Counted from the first letter of the stretch, positions 1 to 9,176 are shown. The stretch is DNA of 64,000 nt from Desulfatiglandales bacterium (GCA_963662465.1 OY759599.1:640001-704000), one strand, 5' to 3'. Notes: generated by a model not told the origin, from the sequence alone. A program made the numbers and translations.

Positions 1-1273
1 GACTGCATACGCCAATGATTTCGTTGTGGAAAACGGGGCCTACATGATTCTGGGCCTCATCGTTGTCAACCGCGCCCTCGACATGCTCTCGGGCGCCTAC
101 AATATTCCCAATATTGACACGCTGGCAAGGCTGGTTTACACCAATAACCCGGCAGGCGGGGCGGCCAGAGGCGCCGGGCCGCCCCAGGTGAATTTTGCCC
201 TGGAATCGGCCATGGACATGCTGGCGGACAAACTGGGGATTGATCCCCTGGAATTCCGTGTGAAAAACTCTCTTATGCCCGGTCAGAGCGTGTCCACCGG
301 GGCGGTGGTGGAGCAGTGGACCTTCCCGGAAATCTGCGAACTCATAAGGCCCCATTACGAGCGGGCCAAAAAGGAGGCCTCTGCTTTCAAGGATGGCCCC
401 ATCAAACGGGGTGTGGGTCTCGGCGCCCATTCCTTCGGTGTCGGCGGTCCCGGGGACGCGGCCCAGGTGGCCGTGGAATTGGATCCGGATAACGGCGTCA
501 CCATCTTCGCCGCGGCAGCGGATCCGGGTGAAGGAAACGATTCCATGCTGACCCAGATCGCCGCGCATATCCTTGATTTACCCATGGACAAAATCCGCCT
601 GGTGACCCGGAATACGGATCAGACCACTGAAACCGGACCGGCAGCCGGAAGCCGCATCACTTACATGGTGGGAGGCGCTCTGGTGAATGCCCTTGAGCAA
701 TTGCGGGAGAATATGGTAGAAGCAGGGGTTTCCACCTATGAGGGGCTGAAAAAGGCAAACAAACCTATCCGCTATATGGGAACAAAGGCTGTGCCCGGAG
801 GACCGCTTGATCCGGAAACCGGCCAGGGGCCTACCTTTGAGTCCCAGGTCCATAATATCCAGATGGCAGAGGTGGAGGTCAACACCGAGACGGGAGATGT
901 TCGTGTGATCAAAATGACCACGGCGGTGGATCCGGGACCGGTGATCAATCCCCTGAATCTGGAAGGTCAGCTTGAAGGCGGCATGGATCAGGGGGTGGGA
1001 TACGCTTTAAGGGAGGAATATGTCAGCGGCAAAACCAAAGACTGGGTATCCTTTAAGTACCCCACCATGAAGACCGCCTTTGACATGGAAATCGTTACCC
1101 CCCTGGAAACGCCGCGAACAAAGGGAACCCTCGGTTCAACGGGCATCGGCGAGATGACCATGGTGTCGACGGCGCCCGCGGTCATCAATGCCATCAAGGA
1201 CGCCTGCGGCGTCAGGATCCGCAACTTGCCGGCTACGCCGGAAAAGATCAAGGCTGCCCTGGCCGAGGGATAA
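1..1273 (+). CDS. Mop-type aldehyde oxidoreductase (xanthine oxidase family molybdoenzyme), C-terminal part; 5' end outside window
   Basis: Molybdopterin-binding-domain motifs (GAARGAGPPQ, GQLEGGMDQGVG, GIGE); near-identical to the C-terminus of 30676..33330. Confidence 0.92.
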   Translation, partial: TAYANDFVVENGAYMILGLIVVNRALDMLSGAYNIPNIDTLARLVYTNNPAGGAARGAGPPQVNFALESAMDMLADKLGIDPLEFRVKNSLMPGQSVSTGAVVEQWTFPEICELIRPHYERAKKEASAFKDGPIKRGVGLGAHSFGVGGPGDAAQVAVELDPDNGVTIFAAAADPGEGNDSMLTQIAAHILDLPMDKIRLVTRNTDQTTETGPAAGSRITYMVGGALVNALEQLRENMVEAGVSTYEGLKKANKPIRYMGTKAVPGGPLDPETGQGPTFESQVHNIQMAEVEVNTETGDVRVIKMTTAVDPGPVINPLNLEGQLEGGMDQGVGYALREEYVSGKTKDWVSFKYPTMKTAFDMEIVTPLETPRTKGTLGSTGIGEMTMVSTAPAVINAIKDACGVRIRNLPATPEKIKAALAEG

Positions 1274-1281
1274 AGGTGTAA

Positions 1282-1647
1282 ATGGAAGGATCACAAAGTT
1301 CCAAGCCCCTCTCCGGTCATCCTAATCGCGAGGTTCGGGTGATGGCGGGGAGGGAGATTCTCTTCGATAACGAGGGATTCCTGTGGAAAGCGAAAGACTG
1401 GACCGAGGAAGTGGCAAGGATCCTTGCCGCCGAGAGTGGGCTTGAAGAACTTAGCGAGATCCAATGGCGGGTCATAAATTTTTTGAGGGATTTTTACGCC
1501 TATAACGGCCGGGCGCCCATGAACCGGGATATCAAGGCGGAGATCGGTTTGAGCTTCATGGAGATGGAGGCCCTTTTTCCTGACGGCATCCGCAGAGGCG
1601 CCCGCCGCGTGGCAGGTTTGCCGAATCCCAAATCATGCTCGGGATAG
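1282..1647 (+). CDS. TusE/DsrC/DsvC-family sulfur relay protein (start may be 1342)
   Basis: D-x-EGFL...DW motif, W-x-VI-x-FLR-x-FY, C-terminal AGLPNPKSC with a single terminal Cys. Confidence 0.85.
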   Translation: MEGSQSSKPLSGHPNREVRVMAGREILFDNEGFLWKAKDWTEEVARILAAESGLEELSEIQWRVINFLRDFYAYNGRAPMNRDIKAEIGLSFMEMEALFPDGIRRGARRVAGLPNPKSCSG

Positions 1648-1652
1648 AGCCT

Positions 1653-2814
1653 ATGACGGAACATTTCATATACCTTGATAACGCGGCCACTACTTTTCCA
1701 AAACCGCAAGGCGCTCTGACCCGTATGGTGGAGACCTATGAGCGCATAGGGGTTTCCCCCGGACGCGGGAGCTATGACCTCGCTGTTGAGGCGGCGGATC
1801 TGGTTTTCGCGACGAGGAGACGGCTCGCGCGGCTATTCGGGGCGCCGGACCCTGATCGCGTCATATTCACGGGGAACGCCACGGATGCTTTGAACCTTTG
1901 CATTCAGGGCTTGATAGGGCAGGGCGATCATGTGGTTTCCACCCGGATCGAGCACAACTCGGTTCTTCGACCCCTGTATCACCTTCGGCATCAAGGCTTG
2001 ATAACATACGATCTGGCGCCCTTCGACGGCAGGGGCTTTGTTGACCCAAACGATATTGCCAAGGCCATAAAACCCCATACGAAGCTGGTGATCGTGTGCC
2101 ATGCCTCCAACGTGCTGGGAACCATCCAGCCCATAGCCGAAATCGGTCTGCTTTGCGCGGAAAAGGGGGTGCCCCTGCTGGTGGATGCGGCGTAGAGCGC
2201 GGGGGTGATCCCCATTGACATGGACGCCTGGAAGATTGCAGCCGTTGCCTTTACCGGCCACAAGTCTTTACTGGGTCCAACCGGCATCGGGGGGCCTGGT
2301 CATCCACCCTGACCTGGACCTTCGAACCACCCGCTTCGGCGGTACCGGCATCGATTCTGAAAACCCGATTCATACTCAGCGCTACCCCCATCGCCTGGAG
2401 GCCGGAACCATCAACCTCATGGGGATTATCGGGCTTTCGGAAGGTCTCCGCTTTCTGGAGAAGAAGGGCATTGAATCGATCCACCGGGAGGAGATGAGAT
2501 TGCTCACCAGACTCCGCGACGGGCTGGCGGCATTGGAGGGGGTGGAATGTTACTGTGTTGAAGATTTGTCAGATCATGTGGGCCTCATGACCATGAATAT
2601 CAGGGGCATGGATCCGGGGGATGCGGGCGCCATCCTGGACGCCGATTTCGGGATCGCCGTACGTGTGGGGCTTCATTGCGCACCGCTGGCTCATGAGGGC
2701 ATCGGGACTTTTCCCCGGGGCGGCGTCCGTTTTAGCCTGGGGCCTTTTAACACGATGGATGATGTGGATCGGGCGGTGGAAGCCGTTACCCGGATGGGTC
2801 GTGCGCGGTTATGA
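1653..2814 (+). pseudogene. Cysteine desulfurase family (class V aminotransferase), disrupted
   Basis: IYLDNAATT, EHNSV, HASNVLG, TGHKSLLGPTG, RVGLHCAP, VRFSLG motifs. In-frame TAG at 2193-2195 replaces the CAG of DAAQ (CAG is kept in the second copy), and there is a +1 G in the G6 run at 2289-2294. Confidence 0.88.
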
Positions 2815-3177
2815 ATTAAGTTCAAATACAACCCTTAAAGACTGGTTAATTTCCTGTACGTTGTCTATTGACAATCTTCCCCGAATTTTAACCAGCCTAT
2901 GACGATGATCTATTGGACGTGTCTGCAAACAGTCTGCTACGGATTTTTTAGATAGGCCATTATCGGATGACGGATAAATTTTAACATTGGTTTTTATTCG
3001 CGCTTTTTTTGCACTCCATTCAGTAATTGGAACAACCTGGATAACAGGAACTCTTTCATTATAAATATCGTTAGTCACAACCACACATGGTCTAATTTTT
3101 CCAGTTTCTGAACCTTTTGTCGGATCAAGATTGACGTCAATAACCATACCTCTTTTCAGCACTATCATTTCGGCCAT
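2809..3177 (-). CDS. mazF: PemK/MazF-family toxin
   Basis: KRGMVIDVNLDPTKGSETGKIRPCVVVTND ... VVPIT ... ADCLQTRPID. Confidence 0.9.
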   Translation of the reverse strand: MAEMIVLKRGMVIDVNLDPTKGSETGKIRPCVVVTNDIYNERVPVIQVVPITEWSAKKARIKTNVKIYPSSDNGLSKKSVADCLQTRPIDHRHRLVKIRGRLSIDNVQEINQSLRVVFELNS

Positions 3178-3398
3178 CCGTTTAATGCAGTTTCGGTCAA
3201 TTCTTTTAAATCATCATCTTCAGAATAAATTTCAGAATATAGCTCAGCGGATTTTCTTAGACTTTCAAGTTCCATTTCTTTCTTGAAATGCTCTATAGCC
3301 TCACGAAGCATAGCGCTTTTATCCTTAAATCCATAAACTGTAAAATTATTCAAAAACTGGGCTTGCGTTTCTTCAACGCTGAATTTTGCCTGTAACAT
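3165..3398 (-). CDS. Putative antitoxin (RHH-like) paired with MazF toxin
   Basis: Small acidic protein overlapping the toxin start; KSAMLREAI helix motif. Confidence 0.7.
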   Translation of the reverse strand: MLQAKFSVEETQAQFLNNFTVYGFKDKSAMLREAIEHFKKEMELESLRKSAELYSEIYSEDDDLKELTETALNGWPK

Positions 3399-3444
3399 AC
3401 GGCCTCCTTTTAAGTGCTTATATTGGGCCTTTATTTATAGGCCT

Positions 3445-3473
3445 ACAATAGGGTCCAATGCACTGAAAGTCAA
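3445..3473 (-). promoter_or_regulatory. sigma70-type promoter of the TA cassette
   Basis: Minus strand TTGACT-17 nt-TATTGT, overlapped by imperfect GGCC/GGACC palindromes (possible operator). Confidence 0.6.
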
Positions 3474-3499
3474 TGAAACTGTTTGAGCAGACGGGAAAA

Positions 3500-3561
3500 G
3501 GCGAACGCTTCGGCTCACCGGACCCGCGCTGTTTGCGGGGGTCCGGGGGGAGCCGGTGGTT
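3500..3561 (-). repeat. attC site interrupted by a group II intron
   Basis: GGCGAAC-GCTTC-GGCTCACCGGACCC...GGGTCCGGGGGGAGCCGGTG-GTT; joining 3561 to 4390 restores GTTATGC (inverse core GCATAAC on minus). Confidence 0.8.
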
Positions 3562-4389
3562 GTGTGCCGGGCACGGCACGTGTTCTTAAGGGTGCGTGTA
3601 ATGTATCATGCTTCCGATATGTTACGCAAGTCCCAGACCCAGCCAGGTAGTGGCGAAGGGTGTGCGGGGTATCACAACCAGGTACCCGGTAACGGGCTTG
3701 GAGAGGCAGTGGCCTTGCTACGGCAGGGTACCGCGAACGCACGGGGCGACGAACAGAAATCGAGTCAAGCGGGTCTGGTGGGACGAGTCCGCAACACAGG
3801 ACAAAGTCCTCTAACTACTATAGGCCAGGCACGTAGTCGGCGCTCGTGTGCGGAAAGACACGTGTTTACCCCGGGAGGCTCGTTGCGTCTCGCAGGGAAC
3901 TGCAACTGAAACATACCGGAATATAAGTGAAAACCGGTAAAACAAAACCCTGGCGCCAGGGATATTTCGCGTCATGGCCCTGACGAGCCCGACCAACTGG
4001 TCGGGAAACACAAACAAATGGACTCGACAGATTGCAGAAACTACGAGTGAGTAAACTGCAAGGGGAGCCCACCGCGTAACGGGAGTCAGCAGAGGGCATA
4101 TTAAGCTGGAGAAACGAGTCCTGAATAAAGGGAGGCCTCACTCCGGTGAAGGCCCGAACGGTGCCACCTGCCGAATGGCAGGGGTAAATGGTTGTGGTTG
4201 TCAAAGAACGTGTACTTATTGGTCTAATGCAGCGGTAGCTGAAAGGTCGATAACGTCGCATTCTGGAAAACCCAGTAGGGCGGAACCTGTTTTATCCGTG
4301 CCTGCGCTGACCAGTCGAATCGCCGTATACGGACCCGTATGTACGGTGGTGTGGGAGGGGGGAGCTGTGAGGCTCCTCCCTATCCCTAT
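3562..4389 (+). ncRNA. ORF-less group II intron, class C attC-targeting type
   Basis: 5' GTGTG; domain I closing helix (CCGGGCACGGCACGTGTTC / GACACGTGTTTACCCCGG); AGTCAGCAGAGGGCATA...GAAGGCCCGAAC domain III; short domain V GAATCGCCGTATACGGACCCGTATGTACGGTGGTGTGGGAGG with CGC triad; domain VI ending CCCTAT; no RT ORF. Confidence 0.9.
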
Positions 4390-5221
4390 ATGCACACGTT
4401 TCACCGAACTTTTCTTTCAACCAGGCACACATTACCTGAAAGAAATCATCTTTTGCATATTTCTCTTTTGAAGGCGAATGCCCGCATTTTTCAAATTTAT
4501 GATATTCCAGTTGAGGTACATACCGTTTCAGTTCATCCCTTATCATTTCTCCCGGATGCGGATCATATGTGCCGTGCAGCATGAGTACCGGGGACCTGAT
4601 AACTGTAAAAGACTGAGGATATACCCTCTCTTCCTGGCAGCGGATCATGTCGTTCCATGTCTCTGTGTGCGCTTTCATATCAAACAATTCCGTTCCCGAA
4701 TTCCCGATGATGTCAGTCACACAATCGTAATTGTCTGTCATTTCATGCCACTTCATGATCTGTTCCTGAAAAGACAGATGCAGATCAGAACTGTGCTCCG
4801 GGTGCTTTTTTATGTAATCGAAAATTCTGCGCTTCCGTGTTCTTATCGCCTCCTCACGGGAACTTCTGTCAAAAGTTCCGCAACCGATAAGTACAAGAGG
4901 CCCGACTGTCTCAGGATACTCCGCGGCATAAGCCAATGCGAGCATTGCCCCCCATGAGTCACCGACAAGCGCGGGAACCTGATCGCCGCATCGGGCAGAT
5001 ATTAACTGATGGAGATCGGAAATATGAACAGCAACAGATAACGGCATGTCACCGCTGACACGCTGCCAGGGTTCAAATACTCTGAAATTGTCAGCCAGAC
5101 CTTCGGCTACCGGTGCGGCACTTCCCGATGCACCGGGGCCACCGTGCAGGACTATTACAGGAGATCCTTTTTCTCCGTAAATGCCGATACGTTTATTTTC
5201 CTTCCATCCCAACTTATCCAT
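4292..5221 (-). CDS. Alpha/beta hydrolase (proline iminopeptidase-like) gene cassette; natural stop split by the intron, so the ORF reads about 34 codons into the intron antisense
   Basis: LHGGPG and GDSWG nucleophile motifs; without the intron the gene ends ...GETCA-TAA inside the inverse core GCATAAC. Confidence 0.85.
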   Translation of the reverse strand: MDKLGWKENKRIGIYGEKGSPVIVLHGGPGASGSAAPVAEGLADNFRVFEPWQRVSGDMPLSVAVHISDLHQLISARCGDQVPALVGDSWGAMLALAYAAEYPETVGPLVLIGCGTFDRSSREEAIRTRKRRIFDYIKKHPEHSSDLHLSFQEQIMKWHEMTDNYDCVTDIIGNSGTELFDMKAHTETWNDMIRCQEERVYPQSFTVIRSPVLMLHGTYDPHPGEMIRDELKRYVPQLEYHKFEKCGHSPSKEKYAKDDFFQVMCAWLKEKFGETCAYRDREEPHSSPLPHHRTYGSVYGDSTGQRRHG

Positions 5222-5227
5222 AATCTT

Positions 5228-5320
5228 ACATAATCATATTCAGTGTGCACCGATTTCAGCTGCGTTGCCCGGAGCGAGGAACGAGCGACGGGTAACGACA
5301 GGTGGAAACATTCGTTGGGC
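5228..5320 (-). repeat. Degenerate attC site
   Basis: Minus: GCCCAAC-GAATG-TTTCCACCTGTCGTTACCCG...CGGGCAACGCAGCTGAAA; core degenerate (ATTATGT at 5228-5234). Confidence 0.65.
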
Positions 5321-5328
5321 TAAATTAG

Positions 5329-6294
5329 CTATAGATCGTCCACCCAATGAATTATATCCTCAAAAACAGACTCAGCTATAGAATCAGTATTCTTAGTTAA
5401 AAACCTATGTGTTGTATTTGGATATTTTTTGAATGAAATCATTTTAGCATTTGATGCTAGATTTTCCCAGTTTAAGACATTTTGTTGCAAGGTCTTTTGG
5501 GGATAGTTTTCATCTGCCAATCCTTGTAAAACCAGTGTTGGCTTGTTTAGCTCAGATAATATTTTATTAACGTTTTCAGTGTCTTCAATCCATTCTCGCC
5601 AGTAAATCTCACCACCACCCCATATCTGACCACCTTTTGGAAATTTCTTTTCTTTTAGAAGAACAAACGCTTTTTTTGTAGCTTCAATGTAAGGGCTATT
5701 CTGTGCCTTAAGCTGCTCGATAAATAAATCATCAATAGGGATTGAAGGGGACGCCATTATGATAACACCCGCAATATTGGGCAATTGGCTTGCTGCTACA
5801 GGCGCAATTGAGCCGCCTTCGCTATGTCCTAAAATGAATATCTTGTTTTTATCTATTTCGTTTCTGCTCTGGAGATATTTCACGGATGATACAATGTCAT
5901 TTATTTGATCACCTTGAGTAATTTCAAGCGGATTTAATGAGTTATGTGTTATGTATCGTTTGTCGTAGCGAAATGTAGCAATATGGTGAGATGATAAATA
6001 ATCCGCCCACCATTTATAAAACGGCAATTGATTATTTGTCTGAATAGTTGTTACTTTGCCGTCTCTGTCAATTGGACCTGATCCGCATACCATTACTACT
6101 CCTGGAACATTGTTTTTGTTTTGCGGTAAAAACAAAGTTCCTTCTAATTTCAATTTGTCGCTTTTTAAGTGTATCTGTTCGACTCTGTATTTTGATGAAC
6201 TAGGTATCGAATCAGACGCAAAAACTGGTGATCCATTTAAGATAAAACAGTAACCAAATGTAATAACTAATAATTTAACAACTTGGATTTTCAT
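5329..6294 (-). CDS. Secreted alpha/beta hydrolase (S33/S9-like) gene cassette
   Basis: Signal-peptide-like N-terminus, GSGPIDRDG, RYDKR, GHSEGG, QG-x-AD motifs; AT-rich. Confidence 0.85.
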   Translation of the reverse strand: MKIQVVKLLVITFGYCFILNGSPVFASDSIPSSSKYRVEQIHLKSDKLKLEGTLFLPQNKNNVPGVVMVCGSGPIDRDGKVTTIQTNNQLPFYKWWADYLSSHHIATFRYDKRYITHNSLNPLEITQGDQINDIVSSVKYLQSRNEIDKNKIFILGHSEGGSIAPVAASQLPNIAGVIIMASPSIPIDDLFIEQLKAQNSPYIEATKKAFVLLKEKKFPKGGQIWGGGEIYWREWIEDTENVNKILSELNKPTLVLQGLADENYPQKTLQQNVLNWENLASNAKMISFKKYPNTTHRFLTKNTDSIAESVFEDIIHWVDDL

Positions 6295-6330
6295 ATTATT
6301 TCCTAAATTTCTCAAAATTTTATCGTGCCC

Positions 6331-6384
6331 AATCGCGGTGTCCGGTCAAGCACCGCGATTCCCGGCGGCGAAGCCGCCGGGAAC
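6331..6384. repeat. 54-bp double-hairpin element, copy 1
   Basis: AATCGCGGTG-TCCGGTCAAG-CACCGCGATT plus CCCGGCGGC-GAA-GCCGCCGGG-AAC; 52/54 identical to 11807-11860. Confidence 0.9.
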
Positions 6385-6427
6385 ATGAACATCACCGGTA
6401 AAATCCGGTGTATGTTCGTTGTTTGAC
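6378..6427 (-). repeat. Short attC-like site
   Basis: AAC-ATGAACA-TCACCGG-TAAAAT-CCGGTG-TA-TGTTCGTT-GTT; starts 6 bp after the stop of 6433..7263. Confidence 0.6.
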
Positions 6428-6432
6428 ATTTT

Positions 6433-7263
6433 TCAAAGATACACCTCGGGTTCTTTCCTTTCATGACATGCCATTTGTAGCTGTTGAATTGCTCCGTTAA
6501 AATGGGGATCTGTCATTTGTTTGGCCTCTGACGGACAATTTTTAACACAGGCAAAACAAATCATGCACTGCCATTTGTCTATTTTGGAAACATCTTCCGG
6601 ATCAATCGCATTGGTGGGGCAAACTTCCACGCACAGGTTGCACTGGGTACACTTGCCTGCATCTGTTTCAGGCGTAAAGGATAATGTGTTACGAACCTCC
6701 TTGATCATATGTAGGTTTTTAGGTTCTATATATGGGATATTTCCTGGAATACTTATTTTTTCAATATCCTCAAGAGAATTTATAGCTTTTAGTTTCTCCT
6801 TAATTTTAAAACCAAAAGCTTTTGCCTTTTCAATATCATTTAAATCAGGCCTGCCATGTGCAATTGGCCGGGATGGAAGAGAGTATGAGTGCTCAGCAAT
6901 AAATGCTCCGCCTGCAACTGGGATGAACCCTTGTGCAACTGAAATATCATGAAGCTCTAAGAGTGCATCCTCATATTTTCGATTTCCATAAACCACGGCA
7001 AGCACCACTGGAGTATTCTGGGCACGTAATGCATTTAAAAAAGGGACCACCTCTTCGGGAACACGTCCATAATAAACAGGAGTACCGAGAATGACCATAT
7101 CCTTATTATTAAACGCAAAAGATTTACCCTTACGCTGAGACCGGTTGGTGCAGTCCATAATCTCAATTTGTTCTGCCTGCATGCCCTGTGCAATTTTCTC
7201 TATGATTGTCCTGGTTGTTCCTGTTGGCGAAAAAGATACACATGAAACTGTTTTTATTTCCAT
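6433..7263 (-). CDS. Flavodoxin-fold + 2x[4Fe-4S] ferredoxin (EFR1-like) protein
   Basis: FSPTGTT, PVYYGRVP, VYGNR, CxxCxxCxxxCP twice; GTTAAGG core-like site at 7274-7280 just upstream. Confidence 0.85.
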   Translation of the reverse strand: MEIKTVSCVSFSPTGTTRTIIEKIAQGMQAEQIEIMDCTNRSQRKGKSFAFNNKDMVILGTPVYYGRVPEEVVPFLNALRAQNTPVVLAVVYGNRKYEDALLELHDISVAQGFIPVAGGAFIAEHSYSLPSRPIAHGRPDLNDIEKAKAFGFKIKEKLKAINSLEDIEKISIPGNIPYIEPKNLHMIKEVRNTLSFTPETDAGKCTQCNLCVEVCPTNAIDPEDVSKIDKWQCMICFACVKNCPSEAKQMTDPHFNGAIQQLQMACHERKEPEVYL

Positions 7264-7339
7264 TTATTACCTTCCTTAACGCTTTTCTTGAAGCGCTTGA
7301 TACTCATGATCACGAACTGCTCTTATAAAAATAAGTTAA

Positions 7340-7700
7340 ACCGAGGATTCGAAACGCCTTTTTCCTTCAATCACAACCAGAAGGAATATGAAATCCGCAT
7401 GATCATCCTCTTTGATCAGGGTTTGGCTTCCAGAAAGCGGCATGCACTTAATAACCGGGTCGAGAAGACCCGCCAGGCATTCGCAGATTTAGATGCCAGG
7501 CTGAATGCTTATCGGCTCAAAAGCAAAGAAGCCATCGAGAAAGCCTGCGACGCTGTTCTGCGAAAATATCAAACAGCTGACTTTTTCAGCTATATCATCT
7601 CAAATGAACCCATCGTCACCTACAAAAACAAAAAAAGGGGCTGCCCTGCAAAAGGTGAAAAGCAGGAACAGATCGATATTGTGAAGGATTTCTTTTATCT
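7340..7700 (+). pseudogene. IS1634-like (IS4 superfamily) transposase internal fragment
   Basis: Helical segment and KKRG(C)P motif resemble the IS1634 transposase mid-region; no ends seen. Confidence 0.55.
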
Positions 7701-7852
7701 CTTGAGGGATCATATTTCAAGCATAGCATTATCCGTTCAATTTGTTCTCCAAAAATTGAATCTTTTTTCATTCCCCATGCCTTTTTAATTTTTTGCTGAA
7801 ACTACCAGGGAATTTGAATAGGATACTGTAAAAGAATAAAGAGTAGTCCCCT

Positions 7853-8704
7853 TTATTCGTCATTTAGTACCGCACCACAAAACTTGCAGTGGCGGGCATC
7901 GGCATCGTGACCTTCAGCGCTGCACTCCGGGCAGGCCTGGGTGGACACTTTGCGACCGAATGCCTGCGACATTTCCACGGTCACAATACCAGTCGGCACG
8001 GCGATGATGGCGTAGCCGAGAATCATCACCAGTGATGCCAGTGTCTGGCCAAAGACGGTTTGGGGAGAAATGTCGCCATATCCGACCGTGGTCAGGGTAA
8101 CGATTGCCCAGTAGATACTGCGCGGAATGCTTGTAAAGCCATTGACCCCGCCCTCTATGACATACATCAGCGAGCCGAAGATGACCACCAGGGTCAGTAC
8201 CGTGTAGATAAAGACGGCAATCTTGCGGCCACTCGCGCGCAGCGCCTTCATGAGGAGTCGTGCCTCCCCGAGATAGGGGACCAGCTTCAGGATACGGAAG
8301 ATGCGCAGGATGCGCAGAATGCGGATGACCAGCAGGTACTGGCTTCCCGGCAGGAACAGGCTAAAGTAGGTAGGGATGATCGCCAGCAAATCGACCACCC
8401 CATAAAAACTGACGGCATATTTGAGCGGCCGGCCGACACACATAAGTCGCAAAAGGTATTCGGCAGTGAAGATGATTGTAAAGAACCACTCGATCCCATA
8501 GAGTAGGCTGCCGTAATGTGATTGCACGGCACCGATACTGTCAAGCATCACCGCCACAACGCTCGCCAGGATGCTGACGATGAGCAATACGTCGAATCCT
8601 TTCCCCACCGGGGTGTCGGCCTCGAAGATCACCTCGTGCAAAACTTTCCGCCAGTGAGCCCTCGGCGGCGCTACCTCGCGGCGTGCATCCTTTAGCCATT
8701 TCAT
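7853..8704 (-). CDS. Voltage-gated-type potassium channel (ion transporter)
   Basis: S4 RILRILRIFRILK, selectivity filter TTVGYGD, C-terminal CxxC...CxxC. Confidence 0.92.
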   Translation of the reverse strand: MKWLKDARREVAPPRAHWRKVLHEVIFEADTPVGKGFDVLLIVSILASVVAVMLDSIGAVQSHYGSLLYGIEWFFTIIFTAEYLLRLMCVGRPLKYAVSFYGVVDLLAIIPTYFSLFLPGSQYLLVIRILRILRIFRILKLVPYLGEARLLMKALRASGRKIAVFIYTVLTLVVIFGSLMYVIEGGVNGFTSIPRSIYWAIVTLTTVGYGDISPQTVFGQTLASLVMILGYAIIAVPTGIVTVEMSQAFGRKVSTQACPECSAEGHDADARHCKFCGAVLNDE

Positions 8705-9080
8705 GGTTTTACTCCTGTCAGTGTTGGGTGGAATCAGGGCATCCGTCGGCGTGTCAGGAATTCATAAAGAGGCATAAATCAGAATCTGTACCTGTGATTA
8801 TTGTATACATTTAAATGCTTCCTCCATGCTTGCTTTTTCATCGAATACCATTGCTCAGGCTACCATTTTTATTCGAATGTTCAATAGATTTTAGGAATTT
8901 TGATTTATAGGGGGGGGCAGGCCATGCGAAACTGAATTATTGCCGCCTAATTTGCTTAAGAATCGATGTGTCAGTGAGAGTCGTGATCGATTAGGTTGTG
9001 GGCTTCGTTCTTTACTATCACGGTTGGCATAATTTATCCTCCCTTTCGTAGATGCTACTGACGCCCCTCACATGAAAGAC

Positions 9081-9158
9081 AAGGTCACCAGCGTTTCCTC
9101 CGGCCCCCGCCAAGGACCTCCGAAGTATCAGGCGGTCTGGTGCAGCGTTTGGTTCGCT
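9081..9158 (-). repeat. Degenerate attC site after hicB
   Basis: GGTCTGGTGCAGCGTTTGGTTCGC end and a GGTCACCAGCG partner arm; other core missing. Confidence 0.5.
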
Positions 9159-9176
9159 ATCCTGCCGTTGTGAAAG

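Noticed and set aside
2193..2195. In-frame TAG as possible pyrrolysine recoding
   Set aside because: It replaces the conserved Gln of DAAQ (CAG in the paralogue), a frameshift follows about 100 bp later, and no pyl genes are in the window
3515..4471. Several short ORFs on both strands (3515-3742, 3556-3909, 3866-4261, 4175-4471)
   Set aside because: They overlap the structured intron RNA and have no RT (YADD) or other motifs
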